A stretch of 64,000 nucleotides of DNA from Trichoplax adhaerens (taxonomy: Eukaryota > Animalia > Placozoa), in assembly GCF_000150275.1 (NCBI RefSeq), contig NW_002060943.1, positions 7,386,066-7,450,065 of the forward strand, read 5' to 3'. Shown piece by piece: positions 14,701 through 29,424 of this stretch. The notes beneath the pieces were generated by a model that was not told the origin of the DNA, made no database searches, and saw only the letters and a list, made by a program, of their open reading frames with translations. Made by a program: the position numbers and the translations under genes. Within the stretch, counting starts at the first letter, position 1, and each line of letters starts with the position of its first letter.

Positions 14701-17700
14701 GTCCATACTCAAGGGGAAATACCGAACTTTGTCAAAGGTCTATTTATCGCGTAATTTATAATATTCTTTGAAACTATTTATATCACTGTTTCTGACTGAC
14801 TGTCATCAACACTTTCGTGAGATAGTTAGGAGAGATGCATCAAAGTCCGAAAAAAGACAATAATTCAACTTCATCTATAACCGATCCTGGTGAAAGTATT
14901 GCAGGTTTAGATAATGAAATAGTCCAACTAATAAATTTCTTAAATATGAAATCAAATTTTACGTAATTATAGTATCATAATCGAATAATATATGGAGAGA
15001 CAATTATTATTTTTAGAAAGTGATACCAACGACAGCACTAAAAAAATGGCTTTGAAAAAACTGTTGAAGCAATTATTTAAAGTCATAGTTACGAAAAAGG
15101 TGGACCTATTTCGTTGTCTACTGCATTATTTTAATTTGCGAACCTTTTCTTGAAAATTAATAATCCTTTGCTTTTATTTAAATTTTGATAGGATAAGAGC
15201 GGTAGACTTCTTTGTGATATTTTTTGGAAATTACCGTCAAAAAAGGTTACACTATTATGATTATTTATACATCATCTACTCACTTTTAGACTTGTCAAAT
15301 TACCCCTATATTTATACTCGTGTCTGGCTTATTTAGACTGCCAGCTCTCACATGTTTGAATTCTGTAAGGGTCAAGGCACTAACATTTCATTTGCTTTTT
15401 TGATACAACAACCTAGACGTACCCATCGTACTACAGCGTCATAAAAAAACCAATTGATTTAACTCAAATCGAAAGAAGAATCAAATTGTGCAAGGTTTGA
15501 CTTCTTATTTTATTATGGTGATGATTCTTGGTTTTAATTCCGATATTTGTTGCACCTTTAACAGTATGATAGTGAAGAAGGTCTGCTAGACGATTTCAAA
15601 TTAATGTTTGATAACGCAAAAACTTTTAATGAGGAAGGATCTCAAATTTATGAAGTAAGCCATAGCCTTAAAATTCGAAGTTTAATACGTTGGACGATTT
15701 GGTAGCTAATTGATCAATTTATTGTTATAGGATGCATTAGACCTTGAAAGGCTTCTCTTAAGCAAACATAACAATTTAAAATTAAGTAGGCATCATCTGT
15801 CACAGTATTCGAACGTTTATAATTATATTTCATACTACTTGATGACTGAACCTCGCTAATACTGTTAAAATTTTTGTTGTGTATTATACTAAAAATGCAT
15901 AAGTAGAATCAAGTGGAAGCAATACCCCAATCAAATCTGCACGACATGGTAAAATGAATAGCAGGTAACATGGCAATTAGATACATGAGATTATATTTTT
16001 ACTCTATGTAATACTGATTTTTCTCTTGACGCGTATAATTTATGTAGGATTTTACCTAATGATACTTCAACCAATGGACGAATAAATGTGATCCTAGATG
16101 CAATAGATGACTATACTGTATGTTAATATTGCTATAGAATAAAAATATCTTACAGATTAGTATATGATTGGTTTTCGTCGTATGCAGGATGAAAGTGGAG
16201 CAAATATCTCAGAACCCTTCCTAGAATTACCTTCGCGATCGGTTAGTTATTTTCAAATTATTCATTTTCTATGGGGTGGTGTGAAACTTACCATTTTTTG
16301 AATAGGAATATCCGGATTATTATGATGTAGTCACCAAACCTATAGATATCGCAATGGTTAAAGCTAAAAATGACGCTGATGAGGTATCTTACCGATATTC
16401 ATCTTTGTTTATATGGGTGCAAGATACTGTAAAAATCTTTTAAATTGACAGTATTGGGGATATCTGGAGTTTAATAATATTTTGTGTAAAAACAGACGTC
16501 GTATCAGTCATCAAATGTTATGTAATGAAATAAAAATACTAAAGCGTCCTTTTCTAATTAATTAATTTTAAGTATGGCTCCATTGAAGATGCAGTATCTG
16601 ATTTGCTATTAGTGTTTGAAAATTCTTGCAAGTACAATGACCCCGAATCACAAATATACAAGGTATATCGTAATTTATTTTATTGACTACAAATTAGTTA
16701 GCTAATATTGCGTTACCGAATTTTATATTAATAGGATGCCTTAAAATTGCATGACTTCGTAGTAGCAAAGCAAATAGAACTTGAAGGTATAGATACTTTA
16801 ATTAAGGTGTCGATCGAAACTAATGCTTAATTAGATAATATTTATCACTGCTCCTATATAGGTCGTGGGAATTGCACTATTCCTAATGTTAGTATCGCTA
16901 TGCAAGATCTTCTTCAGATGATATTCGGCTCTTTAGTAACAACCAAGGTAGAAGAATAGGCTGAGAATTAATATTTTAGTAAAACGTATTCCACTTTTAA
17001 TTAGAGTTTTGACTGTACAATCAATAGATTGGATCACATAGTCCTTATCGCTCAATTGTTGAATTCAGTCGTCGTCGAAAGAGTAAAGACCAAAAGAAGT
17101 AAGTTGACTTTACACCAACAATACTATTTCAAATTTTTTTGTTAACGTTGCCATAAATTAGATTCACTTCGTCTGTAAATAGTGCTCCTAAGTTAGATCT
17201 AAGTGAAATATGGGAAATGCTCAGAAAGGTAAACATGTAACAGACACATTTCTAAAGTCGTTGCTAAATAAAAATATTGAAGTTTTCACTTGCCCTTGAT
17301 CCTTCTGTATTTAGAAGGAATATCGAAGTCTAAATAAACTTCAGAAAGACCTGTTCTCTATCATAGTGGACGTTCGCAAGAATGTTGGCTTAGACTCGCA
17401 GGTATGCGCATACTACTTTAAAGTATATTACTTGGCAAGGTATCAACTTACTCACAAAAAGGATTTGTTCAGAATCATTTTATAAAGACTTTTAAATGAA
17501 ATTTACGGTTTTCTTGTAACTCATCAATGATGTATAATTGTCTAGCATTATGCGGACGCAGTGCATTTGCAAAAGCTTTTCATACAAGAACGCGATCGCC
17601 TTAGTGATGAACGCCTACAATCAGTGGCCTTAAATTACACTTTAATGAAGTTGGAAACCGAGTTAAATGAGGAAAAAGCAGCAAATAAAGAAGCGAATAA

Positions 17701-20700
17701 CCATGCTAACGAACTGGTAATCTCAATTCTCAATTACCAACTTTATTAATACAGCAGTGCTAAACATAAAAAATTTCGAAACTGATAACTGTGATGTAGG
17801 AAGATAAATCTGAAGAAAGTAAGCGTCAATATCTAGATAAAATAGTTAAAGGTGGAATCACTTTTCGTAAAGGGGAATATGCTTATATCATCCCAAGGTT
17901 AATGAGACAGATTTTATCTAATAAGATTTACGATAAATATTATTCTTATTAAAATAAAATTATTGCCCGTGGAATTTTAGAGAGAAAAATTTGAAACCAC
18001 ATATTATGTGTATCGAGGATTTATGGAAATCCCCTAGCAACAGCCAGGTTATCTTAGAGCAAATTAAGTAACTTTAGATGTTAATTCTACTTCGCACTGT
18101 AGTTGAAGTTTTTGTGGTGTAATTTGAAGAGTGCTTGTTATTATTTAATGAAAAATTTTTTCTGTTAGTGGATAAGTGGGACTTGGTACTACCGTCCAGC
18201 TGAAACTTTTCATAGTATATCAACTAAATTCTACAAAAATGTATGCTTGTTAATTATGCTCGTAAATGGGTTCTTGTAGACGATTACGACTGAAGACTGT
18301 TAATAATATTAAGCTAATAATCCGTTGAATTTTTGATATAGGAAGTTTTTAGGAGTGATATTAATCACAGTGTAAAAGCTTCCAGTATAATGGGTAAATG
18401 CCATGTTATGTATGTTAAAGACTTCATAAGAAGTAGAGCTAAGGTAACATAAATTTCGGTTATTCCATAGATTATCGAACAATCATTTTTTGACGATAAT
18501 TCAAATTTTCACTATCAATAGCGTATACAGTAAATAATTTTTGGCTTGAATTTTTGACAGAATTTTCCAGAAGATGATATCTACGTATGTGAATCTCGGT
18601 ACTACGTCCGTTCGAAGTCATTTAAGAAAATTAAAGTTAGCTACAATCTAAAGACATCTTTGTTATTATGGAGATAATATAAGATATGTAAATACCTTTT
18701 TCTCTCAAACAAGGTTTGGGATTCATCTCAATTTGAAGCTGAATATGAACTCCGCGATGAAATTCTGCAGTTAGATAGATTTTCTTCCGTTTTCGCCAAT
18801 GTAAATCAAAGCAACAGCGATACGACAACTGGTTCATCAGATGCTACTGAAGTATATTAAGACTTTTCTTATTTTTTAGTGTCTTTATTATACATAGGCT
18901 GTCAATATCTATCTGAATGATAAGGGTTGTATTTTTACATTATCAATAGAACGTTCTCTTGCCTAGTATAAAAGAGGAGGGCAAAACGTTTTACGAACAA
19001 CATAAATCAGAAACTGGAACTTTTAAATTAGGTTAGCTTCGTATGAACTACTTCGTTAACGTTCATAATTAAATTTCCTTAATGTTTGAATTAACTTTTA
19101 CAATATGATATCTAACTCTTATTAATAATTATAATCCACTGGATGCAGGAGATTATGTTTACGTTAGATCTGAGGAATCATGGCCTTATATTGCAAGAAT
19201 TGATAAGATTTGGAACGATAGCAAGTAAAGAGTTCACTTTTGGCATCATTTAATTTTTTAGCAAGCTTGACAATCTTAATTTTTAAAATGCGTATATTGT
19301 CTACAGAACCGATCTTACGTATTTTCACGGTCCATGGTTCGTGAGGCCATTGGAGATTAAGCAATCATCAAATCAAGAGTTTTATTTAAAAGAAGTATTC
19401 TTATCGAATATCGAAGATACTAATCCTATCCTAAGTATAATCGGCAGGTGTTCTGTTTTTTCCGTAAAAGATTACTGTTCCTGTAAGTTTCTATTGATGA
19501 TATTATTTTATGACCCTATCAAAATATGGTAGGATGAAAAATAAGTTATCACTAAACTCCTTTTCTTTTAGGCCGTATTGTTGATATCCCTGAGGTAGAT
19601 GTTTATATATGTGAGTCAAAATATAACGAAAGAGATCATCAAATCCGAAAACTGAGAGGATTGAAAGTAATTTGCTTTGATTATTAAAAACGTATATTTT
19701 ATATATAATAAAACAGAGATAATTAGACTTAGAATTTAAAATTTAAGAAAACTGATTCCCTGATGATTTATGATTACTCGAAACTATTTTATTTACTAAT
19801 TGCAATACGTCTATCTTTAATGAGAATAACAAATGTGGCTATCGTTCTTGCAGATTTGTAAATTATCAAGAATTAATTTCTTGTGTACTTCTCTTGTTAG
19901 AAACATACTTTATCTAGCGAATGTAATGCAGATGAAATTTATTACTTCCCATCGGAAATAGAACCAAGCAAGGTAAGCTTTCTTGGAATTACGAGTGCTA
20001 CAATATGTCAGTTGTTCGCATAGATGTATAGGATTATTTGATGAGTTTTATTAGTATATCGATGGTTCCGTCGCATTTTTATAGAACTGCTATACATAAA
20101 GATACCTTAGACAATTTAAAATATAGTAAGCATCATTTTTGGCATTTACTATTGATGTAGGCACCTTTAAAGAAACTTCATCGATCTGATATACAGCAAA
20201 GTGAAGAAACCAACGCAGATTCAGAGGTAGTACATATATGCAGTAAATCATGTATAAATACGTAGTATTAAAATATCGACTATGTTCTATATGATCACAA
20301 GTTTGATTCCTCTCTAGTAAGTGGTCTGTATTCGATGACACGCTTTATTATATGCATATAGCCTAGTGATGATGATGCGCAAGAAAGAAGTTCATTAGAA
20401 GATGGTCCTCATACTCAAACGCCCTCACGGTAATGTACTTACAATTTTAAATGTATGTAATCTACCATTATCTTACTACTGATTTTATTTTATGCCCCGC
20501 AATGTTTAGAAATTCAACTGCTGTCAATTCTACTCAATCTGAACAAATTAATGGTGATACTCCGATCCATCCGAGTAATTCTCCCTATGTTCATACTATC
20601 GTTCCTCCTAGTGCGCCTGTATATAGTAATACACCCCAAGGTAATATTTATCTGTTGTTGATATTGACTCAGTTAGTTACCAGCTAAACACGCTGTAATC

Positions 20701-21544
20701 CGTTATCTTTCACAGCCAATCCAATGCCTGTAGATGTTATGCCGAAAGCTTTCCATCCTCCTCGAAATATTTTTGCAAATGCAGTTCCTAATCCGGTCTC
20801 AAACTCTTGGATTCCTCCTACTTCAACGGTTGTGCCCAACAATCCGAGGGGCACTTATGTTGTACCGCACGCTGTACCAAGTCTTACACCAAATATCCCA
20901 CCTAATCCTCCCCAAATGGTACCTGTTCAGCCCCCACAGAATTACGTTCCAGGTAACCATCAATTAATTGTGCATCTTAATATATTGCAACTGTATTGGT
21001 TAAATTTGAATCGTCTATCATCTAACGTATGAACTACACCCCGTATTTATAACTCATCTAGTACCTCCACCAACAAGTGAACAACAAAATAATCAACCGG
21101 TTGGCTTAACGCTATCTTTTAATTTCAATCTGATTCTATCTAGTTTTGAAATAGTTTTGATTTAATACGCTCATAACTTTACTATTTAGAAATCACAACA
21201 GTTAGCTATTCAAGATGTTTTTGTTAGCCCTCCTAAAAGTGCACGAAAGTTATTACACTCAAACGCCTACAACAGGTTTCTATATCTACGGTATTATATC
21301 TATCGAATGTATATTTTAAACTGTGTCTGATCTATTTAATTTGTCCGAAAGATATCTGGATGCTCTAGAAAAAGAACAAAATTTTCCTCCATCTCAACCT
21401 AGGAATTCATCATTGCGCTTGAAACCGGAAGAATGGTTAGCTAGTAGTGCGTTAATAAATAATGGCAATTACATAGAAATTTTACGCTCTCTCAAAGAGA
21501 ACTTGCTACGCGATGCAGTAAGACTTTCCAGCTTGTATAAATGA
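8715..21544 (+). CDS. PBRM1: Polybromo-1 (BAF180), PBAF chromatin-remodelling subunit
   Basis: Exon 1 at 8715-8828 (MDIQETSSSKRK...KQKRRKL, phase-0 donor gtaagc) joins exon 12160-12306. Five bromodomains: GRLICEMFIELPS/EYPDYY...KNAHKFNQPGS; LQNAQLVNESSS; FDNAKTFNEEGS; FENSCKYNDPES; and a degenerate fifth. Two BAH domains: GTWYYRPAETFH...EVFRS...YVCESRY and FHGPWFVRP...KEVFLS...VYICESKY. C-terminus FVSPPKSARKLLHSNAYNRYL...LKENLLRDA matches the PBRM1 C-terminal motif. Confidence 0.93.
9520..11070. repeat. Diverged ~220-bp tandem repeat (about 7 copies) in PBRM1 intron 1
   Basis: Core gcttcartgaatttt(g/t)ctc...agcaatgattgcaaatcg recurs near 9551, 9925, 10145, 10370, 10601, 10800 and 11023; gtcatttggctag follows in several copies. 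Confidence 0.8.
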
Positions 21545-21760
21545 ACTCAATCTAGGTATAAACTTTGGCAGTATTTTTTCGATCTCAAATAATCGATCTG
21601 TCCTTGTGGTAATACGATTTAAATATGTAAAGATTTATGATTACTTTCGATAATGTAATCTTTGGCTATTTTCACAACAGTTATGCAAAACAGAATTTTG
21701 TATTTGTTTTAAATTTTATTAGTTTATCGACTTTACTTACAATAAGACGTGTTCGTGCTC

Positions 21761-21932
21761 TGTTCAAAGTTGTGAATACGTTCTGTTAAGTTACGTGATA
21801 ATCACTTTTTAACCATAATTAAAGATTATACGTTGGTAATCTATTATGTTCAAAGTTGTGAATAAGTTCTGTTAAGTTACGTGATAATCACTTTTTAACC
21901 ATAATTAAAGATTATACGTTGGTAATCTATTA
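21761..21932. repeat. 86-bp direct tandem duplication just 3' of the PBRM1 stop
   Basis: 21761-21846 and 21847-21932 are identical except for one base (aatacg versus aataag). Confidence 0.95.
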
Positions 21933-22888
21933 GTAATTTATTACAGCTGGTGGTCCTCATTCTACTACCTGATCCAATATCGGCCACTGCAATAATAGTT
22001 TTCATTTTAAAAATTACGACTGTGATAATTCTAATTGGGATCACGTTTACAATTGTATATTCAAAATAGTATGTTTAATGAAAACTAGTAAAACACCTTT
22101 TAAATATATATTCGATTTCGTGATATCGTTTTAATAAGAGAGACCTTTAGCACGTTACTGTTAATACTTGTAGTTTTAATCAACTACGTTAGCTTCCGAA
22201 ATAATTACAGTCTTTGTACTGTAGTAATTGTTTTGTCTAACTTTTACATACCTTTCAACTATGGTATTCATTATAAAATATTTACCTCGATTAAGTTAGA
22301 GGACTGGCAGTACAAAATGTAACTGTTTACAACAATATGATATCAAATAAATTTTAAAACAACTATCAATATAATACTGCTCGCATTTTTGAGTGTTATT
22401 ATCGTCATGAATATTAAAATTTAGAAGCTATTATGACTGTATCCTTTTCTATAAATACTCATTGTTTGGCAGGATAGTAAGATTTACTATCGTTCCACGG
22501 TGTATGAAAATCTTTCGTTTATTAGCATCTCCATTCTTAAGATTATAATATTGTACATAAATATTATTACGTAATAAACCATCCATCATTATGACTACAA
22601 TAACACACAAGGTGGGGTAAGCGTATGGCAATAGTGTGCATACTATAGGAAAGCTTCATGCAACGATTGAGTTTCTGAGTTATGATTATAAATTGAATTT
22701 AATATCTACACTGCCTAATTTAGCAAAAAATCGCCAAGGTTTCCTGGATTTCATATCAATTCACAATAACAGTGTGCTGGTGCTGGCCACTGATAAAAAA
22801 TATAATTACCGTTTGAGAAATGAGAGTTGTATTCATATATTTTTGGTTATAAAATCTTGCATATTGATCAGATATTATTGTATAAGGA

Positions 22889-25800
22889 TTAATTTTGAAT
22901 CATTTTCTTTTTTTTATCATATATATATCGTTTAAATTTCAACTGGACTAGCACAGATTTAATTTTCGTATCTGCCCCTTCTTTAGCTGTAATCATAAAT
23001 TTTAATTAAGTTAAGATTCACGTAAAAAATGCTGTATAACATAAAAATCTTACATTTGGATTTAGCTTTCTTTAATTCAATAGAATTTAGTAATTCCTGT
23101 GTTAGACCATCTATTATAATTATACAACAATTGAAATTAGATATTTTATTTGGCGGCTGAGAGTTTAAGCGAACAAATTTTTTTTACGATAGAATACTAA
23201 AATATCGTAGTAATTACCAGGAAATCTCAATTTTACTTTTCCACTCTGACCAAATGATCCTTCTATAAATCCAGTTTCACCTGTAGTACAAATCATTCTG
23301 TGCGTCAACATTGTTTATAATTTCGTTGTTAATTGCTATAATATATAACAAGTTCTTACCCGTTGATAAGGTAACTTTTAAATTGGAAAATAATTGTATG
23401 TTGGTTTCCTTTTTAAATATTGATTTGGCAATTACTGTGTATTCATCCATTACCTAAGCATATGTAAAGGATATCAAATTGGTATATATATTATGATATT
23501 GTGTTACAATGTTTGCCAAAGAATGAAGACTTTTGAAATGTAAGTTACGATTCCAATATTTAAATATCGCAAGATGGAATTTATCCTCATGTTATGTGAC
23601 TTACTCGCTCAACAACACCTTCTCTAGTTTTATTCTTGTAAATCTTCAAGCGAGGCAGCACGGTTTCTTCATAGTCCTTTAATTGGTGTCGTAAAAGTGA
23701 CAATTATTGTTAGGGTGTTTATTAACTTAATTGCTTAGAATAGTAATCAATCACCATTTGCATTTGATAAAATGCAACTAACGGCATTGCCCAAGTAAAA
23801 TCATTGCATTTTATATTATCCTAAAATCCTCGCTACCTTCTCGGTAATTCCGTATACGGAATGGCCATGAAATGCTAATCGACAAGTTTTAGCATGTATC
23901 TCAAATTAAGGAAAGAAACCTTCAAGAATTATTAATCTAGATTCTAAGGGTATAACTATGTTAGCTTAGTTACACATATATTTTCAATGGATATGAATAT
24001 CAGTATCCAATCTAGAGCCAATGATAATGGTATTATGGGGATAAGAAACTGCCTTTTCAAATTCAATTAGCGCAAAATAATTTTTTGCTGGAGTATCACT
24101 GGAGTCGTTACTTGGTAGATCACTTTCATATAGATACTCTCGATCGAAGTCGAAATTTATCCTGTCTGTATAAAGGTAATATTTAAGACTTTAGTACAAG
24201 CTACAAGAATAATCCTATATTTCTACTATCGCCTAAGTGAATAAGTTTATTTAGAATGTCAAGCTGAATGATTTACCTAAAGCAGTTTCAGCACTAGAGG
24301 ATTTCGGTAATGAAAAAAATGTTGCTCGTCCTAAAATGGTATGATGACCAGCAGTAACTGAAACAAGATTATAACATTGTAATGGCACATTTGAACTCAA
24401 TACCGTAAAACTTGCATTTACTTGAAACAGTATACATTATGGAATGTCATTAAATCGTTTAAAGCGTAGAAAAAGGTCAAGATGAAAAAATTATCTAAGT
24501 GATAATGAGCGCATCATACACGTACGTGTCTTGGAAGTGACAAAGCAATAGGCTTAACTGCGTGTGTATATGCCGTAATAAATCACTATATCGTTGGTTA
24601 TGAATTATCACTTCCGCAGTAATCGTAGAATCTGAGATAGTAAATCCTATAATTTTTTTAAAGTCGTAATCACAATATAAAATATATAAAAAATAGAATT
24701 TACGTCATTTTCACAATTGCATGTATAGGCAAAACGCTTCAGTACATAGTATGATTCTATAGTAGGATCTTAATTATTGGTTAAGCAATATAATAAGGAT
24801 TAAATATTAATACACTAAATACTCTTTGTTCAACGTGTACAGGATATGTCGGGTATATATATTAATTAATATATTATAATCGTATTTCTTTGTCACTGCT
24901 TACTTACCATGTATCTTTGATTTCGATTCACAAGAACTTTTAAAATATTTTATCCGTTGCAAAGCCACAACGCAAGCTAACAGGAGAAGATCACTCGTAA
25001 GTATAAATTTAAACACAGTTATATTATCCAATTTTACAAATATAATCTAAATCTTTTAATTTAAGCCAATTTAAATATTTGGTCATCATTTAAGTTTCAT
25101 AAAACGTGAGATAAATTTCGTAACAGAATCTAAATAAATAATTAAAAGCCTTACCATTAATTGCTACTATGGATTTTGGTGTACAAAGCAATCCTCTCTC
25201 TAGCTGTTTAGGATCAAACTGAGTCACACATATTCCAACTCTATCACCCTAGTTAGGTTAATAAATGCAAATCAATTCTATAATAATTTCATAAGTATGT
25301 TTAGAGAAATAGAATAAATTAAACCTGTTTAGCTTTTGAAACCGCTTTCTTAAAAATTTGCATAGATTTAACTTTCTTTTGGATTTTTAGTTCCGGAATT
25401 TCAATAGTCTTAAGTAAAGAAACACGTTGAAAAGGTGCATAATTCAAAAATTGTGTATAAATAGGTCTAGGATCAACAAAGAAATATCGATTTATATAAA
25501 ACTTACATCATTTATTCCGATACTTCCAGACAGGACAGTTCCGGTCATGACAGTTCCTTGGCCTCGAATCGAGAAGCAATGATCGACAGCAAATATAAAA
25601 TCTCCATCTTCAGAGCGGGTTGGGATATAAGTAAGATTCATCAAAAACTATTGAATAAGTTGATAACGTTAGTTGAATAATACATCAATATTCAATCTAG
25701 AAGATACTATCAGTTATATAGCAACGTAAGTTAATCAAAAATTATAGTAGCTACGCTAACTTACATCAATTAATGTTTGGATGCCTTCACTCTGATTCTG

Positions 25801-28800
25801 ACCAACCTGCAGTATTTGGAAAATGTGGTATCTCTAAATAACATGATGACATACTATTGTAGTCAGTTTTATCAAAGATTTAATTACCTCAGCTCCACCA
25901 GGTACTGCAGCGACGCTAACCATAGGGGCCTCAGCAAATTTGGTATTTTGTAGTGTTTTACGCAGTCTCTTTGACATCTAGTTCCAACGATATCATTTTA
26001 AATTGACATGATTTCTTAAGATATTTTTAAAGTCAACTATCGCTATGGTGAATTACTTTTACCTTTTCGATTTGCTGCAGCTTACTCTCAGGTTTCAATA
26101 AGTCGATTTTATTTAAAACGATTAGCATTTTATCGCAAGTAATTTCACCAATAATTAAACACTAGTTTAAAAGAAGAATTATTGTATCAACATACCAAAA
26201 GTGTTATAATCTAATTTTGCGAAGAAAGAAAGGTATCTTTCAGTGCATATTTTTAACTAGCAAACCTCCGCTGTCTGTGTCTGGATTCCTTTAGTAATAT
26301 CTATGACCAAGATCATTAAATCGATAATTTGGGCTCCTAAGATAAAATTAAAAATTCAGTTTATCTGGAATACACGTAATCTCGAAAGTTTTAAGTTCTA
26401 AACCCTATCATTACACCTATGGTGTTATCATAAGATCGTGTAGTTTTTGAAATCTCATTGTAGAATAACTACAATAATAAAAATATTCTTATTTAATTAA
26501 ATTTATCATAAATCCGTCAAAGCGTCTTCTCCTTCTATTATAATTATTTGCATGTATACCGTAAGTTTAGCTCTTTCATACGCGTATAAATGCACGTTGA
26601 TAGGGATAAATTTTTCAATAGCAATTGGTATTCTAATGTCGTATTACCTAGCATTTGATCACTTATATAATATTGTACTTCTCTACTTAATCTATCCATC
26701 AATGGATTCTAATGCAGTGTATTTTCTAGTCTGCCTATTCGAGTAGTCAACTAGCTGGGACATATACACAAGATCAGATACATTTATTTACAACTGTAGT
26801 CTTTACAAATAATTAGTACCAGTAAAATTGTGAGCTATTAATGCCATTTAGTGCTAATACATATGTATACAATTATTTTATTATGTAATACAAGGGTTAT
26901 CTAAATGTATGTATACAATTAGTTTACTGGTAAATAACGCGCAGCAATTATCAGACAGCAGTACTATATATAATAAGTTATGTCAACTAATGACCTAGAC
27001 TTAGCATAAACGAAACAGTAACATGTATTGTATGAATGACAAAACATTACTGAAATCGAAATCTTTAAATTAGCTTACCTCCAATAACAGTTTTAATAAG
27101 AGATGCATGTCCTGGGCAGTCGACTAATGTGAATTGAAGTGTTTCATAACCTTTTCCTGAAATTGAAATGGTAAGCATTAGCTATTATAACATCACGAAC
27201 ACCTTCTCAGTCCATGTGTTCAGACAATGTTATTTGAAACGATCGTAAAGCGACTACTTGACTTTATATAGTTATAACCATGCTTTCAAAATTTTACGCT
27301 AGTCGTTTATCCAGATCTTACTACTGTCTATAGTTATCAATTGTAACCAATAGTTGCAACTGTACTGTATAATGAAAATTGAACTTTACGACCACGTATA
27401 CCTTCCAAATGTTTAGGAATCGGAACAGCGAAAGAAGAAAATCCTAGAATAACATAAGTACAAAGAGATGGTCAATTATAGGGTTAGTGCAAGGGCAATT
27501 TTCAGCCTAATAAGATTGCTACTTTAAAGCAACTATTTCGTAAAACGTCACCATTTAAATGGATAAGAACGAGCTAGTTTTCAGGAAAAGGTATCTTCAA
27601 AATTTCAATACTTACCTAAATCTAAGGTAATTCCACGCTCTTGACTTTGTGGATTTTTATCGAAAGATGCGGTAGAAGCTGTTGTACTCAGAGCTTTAGC
27701 TACCATCAAGATATCGATAAAGTTATAATTAATAGAACAACGTTATAAGGTAATGAACTAGCATGCTGTTAGATACAGTAAAATTAGTTTAAGAAAAGTG
27801 ATTTTAATGTATTTAAGGGCAGTATACGAAATATTTTTATTGGCAGAAGGTGGGCTAACCAATAGCAAGTAGTATATCACCATCAACGCGTAGGAGTAAG
27901 TCATGAGAGAGAATTAGGTTAAGACATTACTTCGGTAAACGCTACCAAAGTCAATTAGCATGGTATAATATAGTAATACAAACAATTGTATACGGAAAGT
28001 AGTCCCAGCGTATTTCTAGATCAATTTATGAACAGTTTTGACCAATAATAAGGAGAAAGTTGGGCAAACTAATAGTAGATCGTATGTAGTCAGGTAAGGA
28101 TTAGTCTTAGACGTTGCATCCGCTATAAATATGTTGTCAAATGATCGATGATGTAGCATGAGAAAAGTAGTTTTAACGTATTTTATACTATTCTAGCAGC
28201 ATTTTTTACGCTACTATAAATAAGAAGAAGGCTGGGTTTATTAACGAGTACAAGTGGGATATAGCCTATCAATGCTAAGCTTAGTCAATATTGCAATAGC
28301 AAGTAGCAAAGTAGCCTAGCAACAAGCACTGCAAGCAAGCATTAAAAATTGCCTTTCAACGCTGCAATTGGGTAAGCACAGGCTATACATATACACTAGC
28401 ACTATTATCCAAGGAAGACGAGGGAAAGTAGTTCCAATGTATTCTACGCCGTAATACCTTTTACTACTATTATAAATGAGGAGAAAAGTGGACTTAGCCA
28501 ATATTGCGATAACTAATGGCCAATCAACCTCAATGCTTGCTCGTACGGCTAGTATTGCCTAAAAATTGGCTTGAAAATATGATCACTACATAGCCATAAG
28601 CTATACATAAGTAGAGAGCAAAACTAAATCATAACATAGCCTAAAGAGAAGTCATTCTAATACAATCTAGCCTATTCTATCAGATCATTTCACTCCCGTA
28701 TATGTGGGGAGAATGATGAGCTAGCCAAGCAGCATCTCCAATCAATGCCCGACATGTATGTTATGAGATCGTAGCATGGTTTAATTACAATCGATGGTTA

Positions 28801-28868
28801 CCTAGTGAAGTTTTTCCACTATCCACATGGCCAAGTAATCCCACATTAAAATTCAGAACTTGATTCAT
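22889..28868 (-). CDS. EEFSEC: Selenocysteine-specific translation elongation factor (eEFSec/SelB)
   Basis: ATG at 28868: MNQVLNFNVGLLGHVDSGKTSL/AKALSTTASTASFDKNPQSQERGITLDLG/FSSF, then FTLVDCPGHASLIKTVIG/GAQIIDLMILVID, LNKID, FAVDHCFSIRGQGTVMTGT, GFIEGSFGQSGK, and C-terminal LKFKRYIYDKKKKMIQN-stop (22889-22891). All are diagnostic of eEFSec. Confidence 0.96.
27790..28520. repeat. Highly diverged ~170-260 bp repeats in EEFSEC intron 1
   Basis: Paired motifs gaaagtag(t)...gtattt (about 27793, 27994, 28162, 28422) and gaa(a/g)gtggg...aatag (about 27846, 28055, 28227, 28482). Confidence 0.55.
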
Positions 28869-29424
28869 ATTTATAGTCGTAAAGCAGTGCTGAAATGCTC
28901 GTAATAAGTGAATAATCGATTTGCTTTCTACTGGATTTGCTGAATTTTCCCTTAGCTCGACGGCAATGAAATCATCCAGCGCTAGCGACCTTGATCGTTA
29001 TGGATCACTATGACCACGAAAAGGATGATATAAATATTGTAGAGTACAGTATGAGTTATTGGGCGATACTTGAGTATGTATATAGTCTATACTAGAAAGG
29101 CATCAACAATGCATTTCACGTCCATTAGGCACTGCTGTATACTATCCGAAACAGTCGTATCGAGGTAAAGGTATAGTATGCCATTATCCCATCATCGGTG
29201 ACAAATTATATGGGCCTGCCTTGAAGAGAATTCTGCACTAGAGTAAAATGATATTTACAGTAAATCGAGTAGAAATTAAGCGAACAGGAGAATGCTTAAC
29301 GGATAGAGACTTTATTAGCTGTAAGGAATGCATTAGATCGTTGCATCTGCAACCCTGACATGGAGGGAGGTATGGATAGTTACGAAGAAAGCATGGCGAG
29401 GAAAGACCCTCAAGGGCTGATGAT

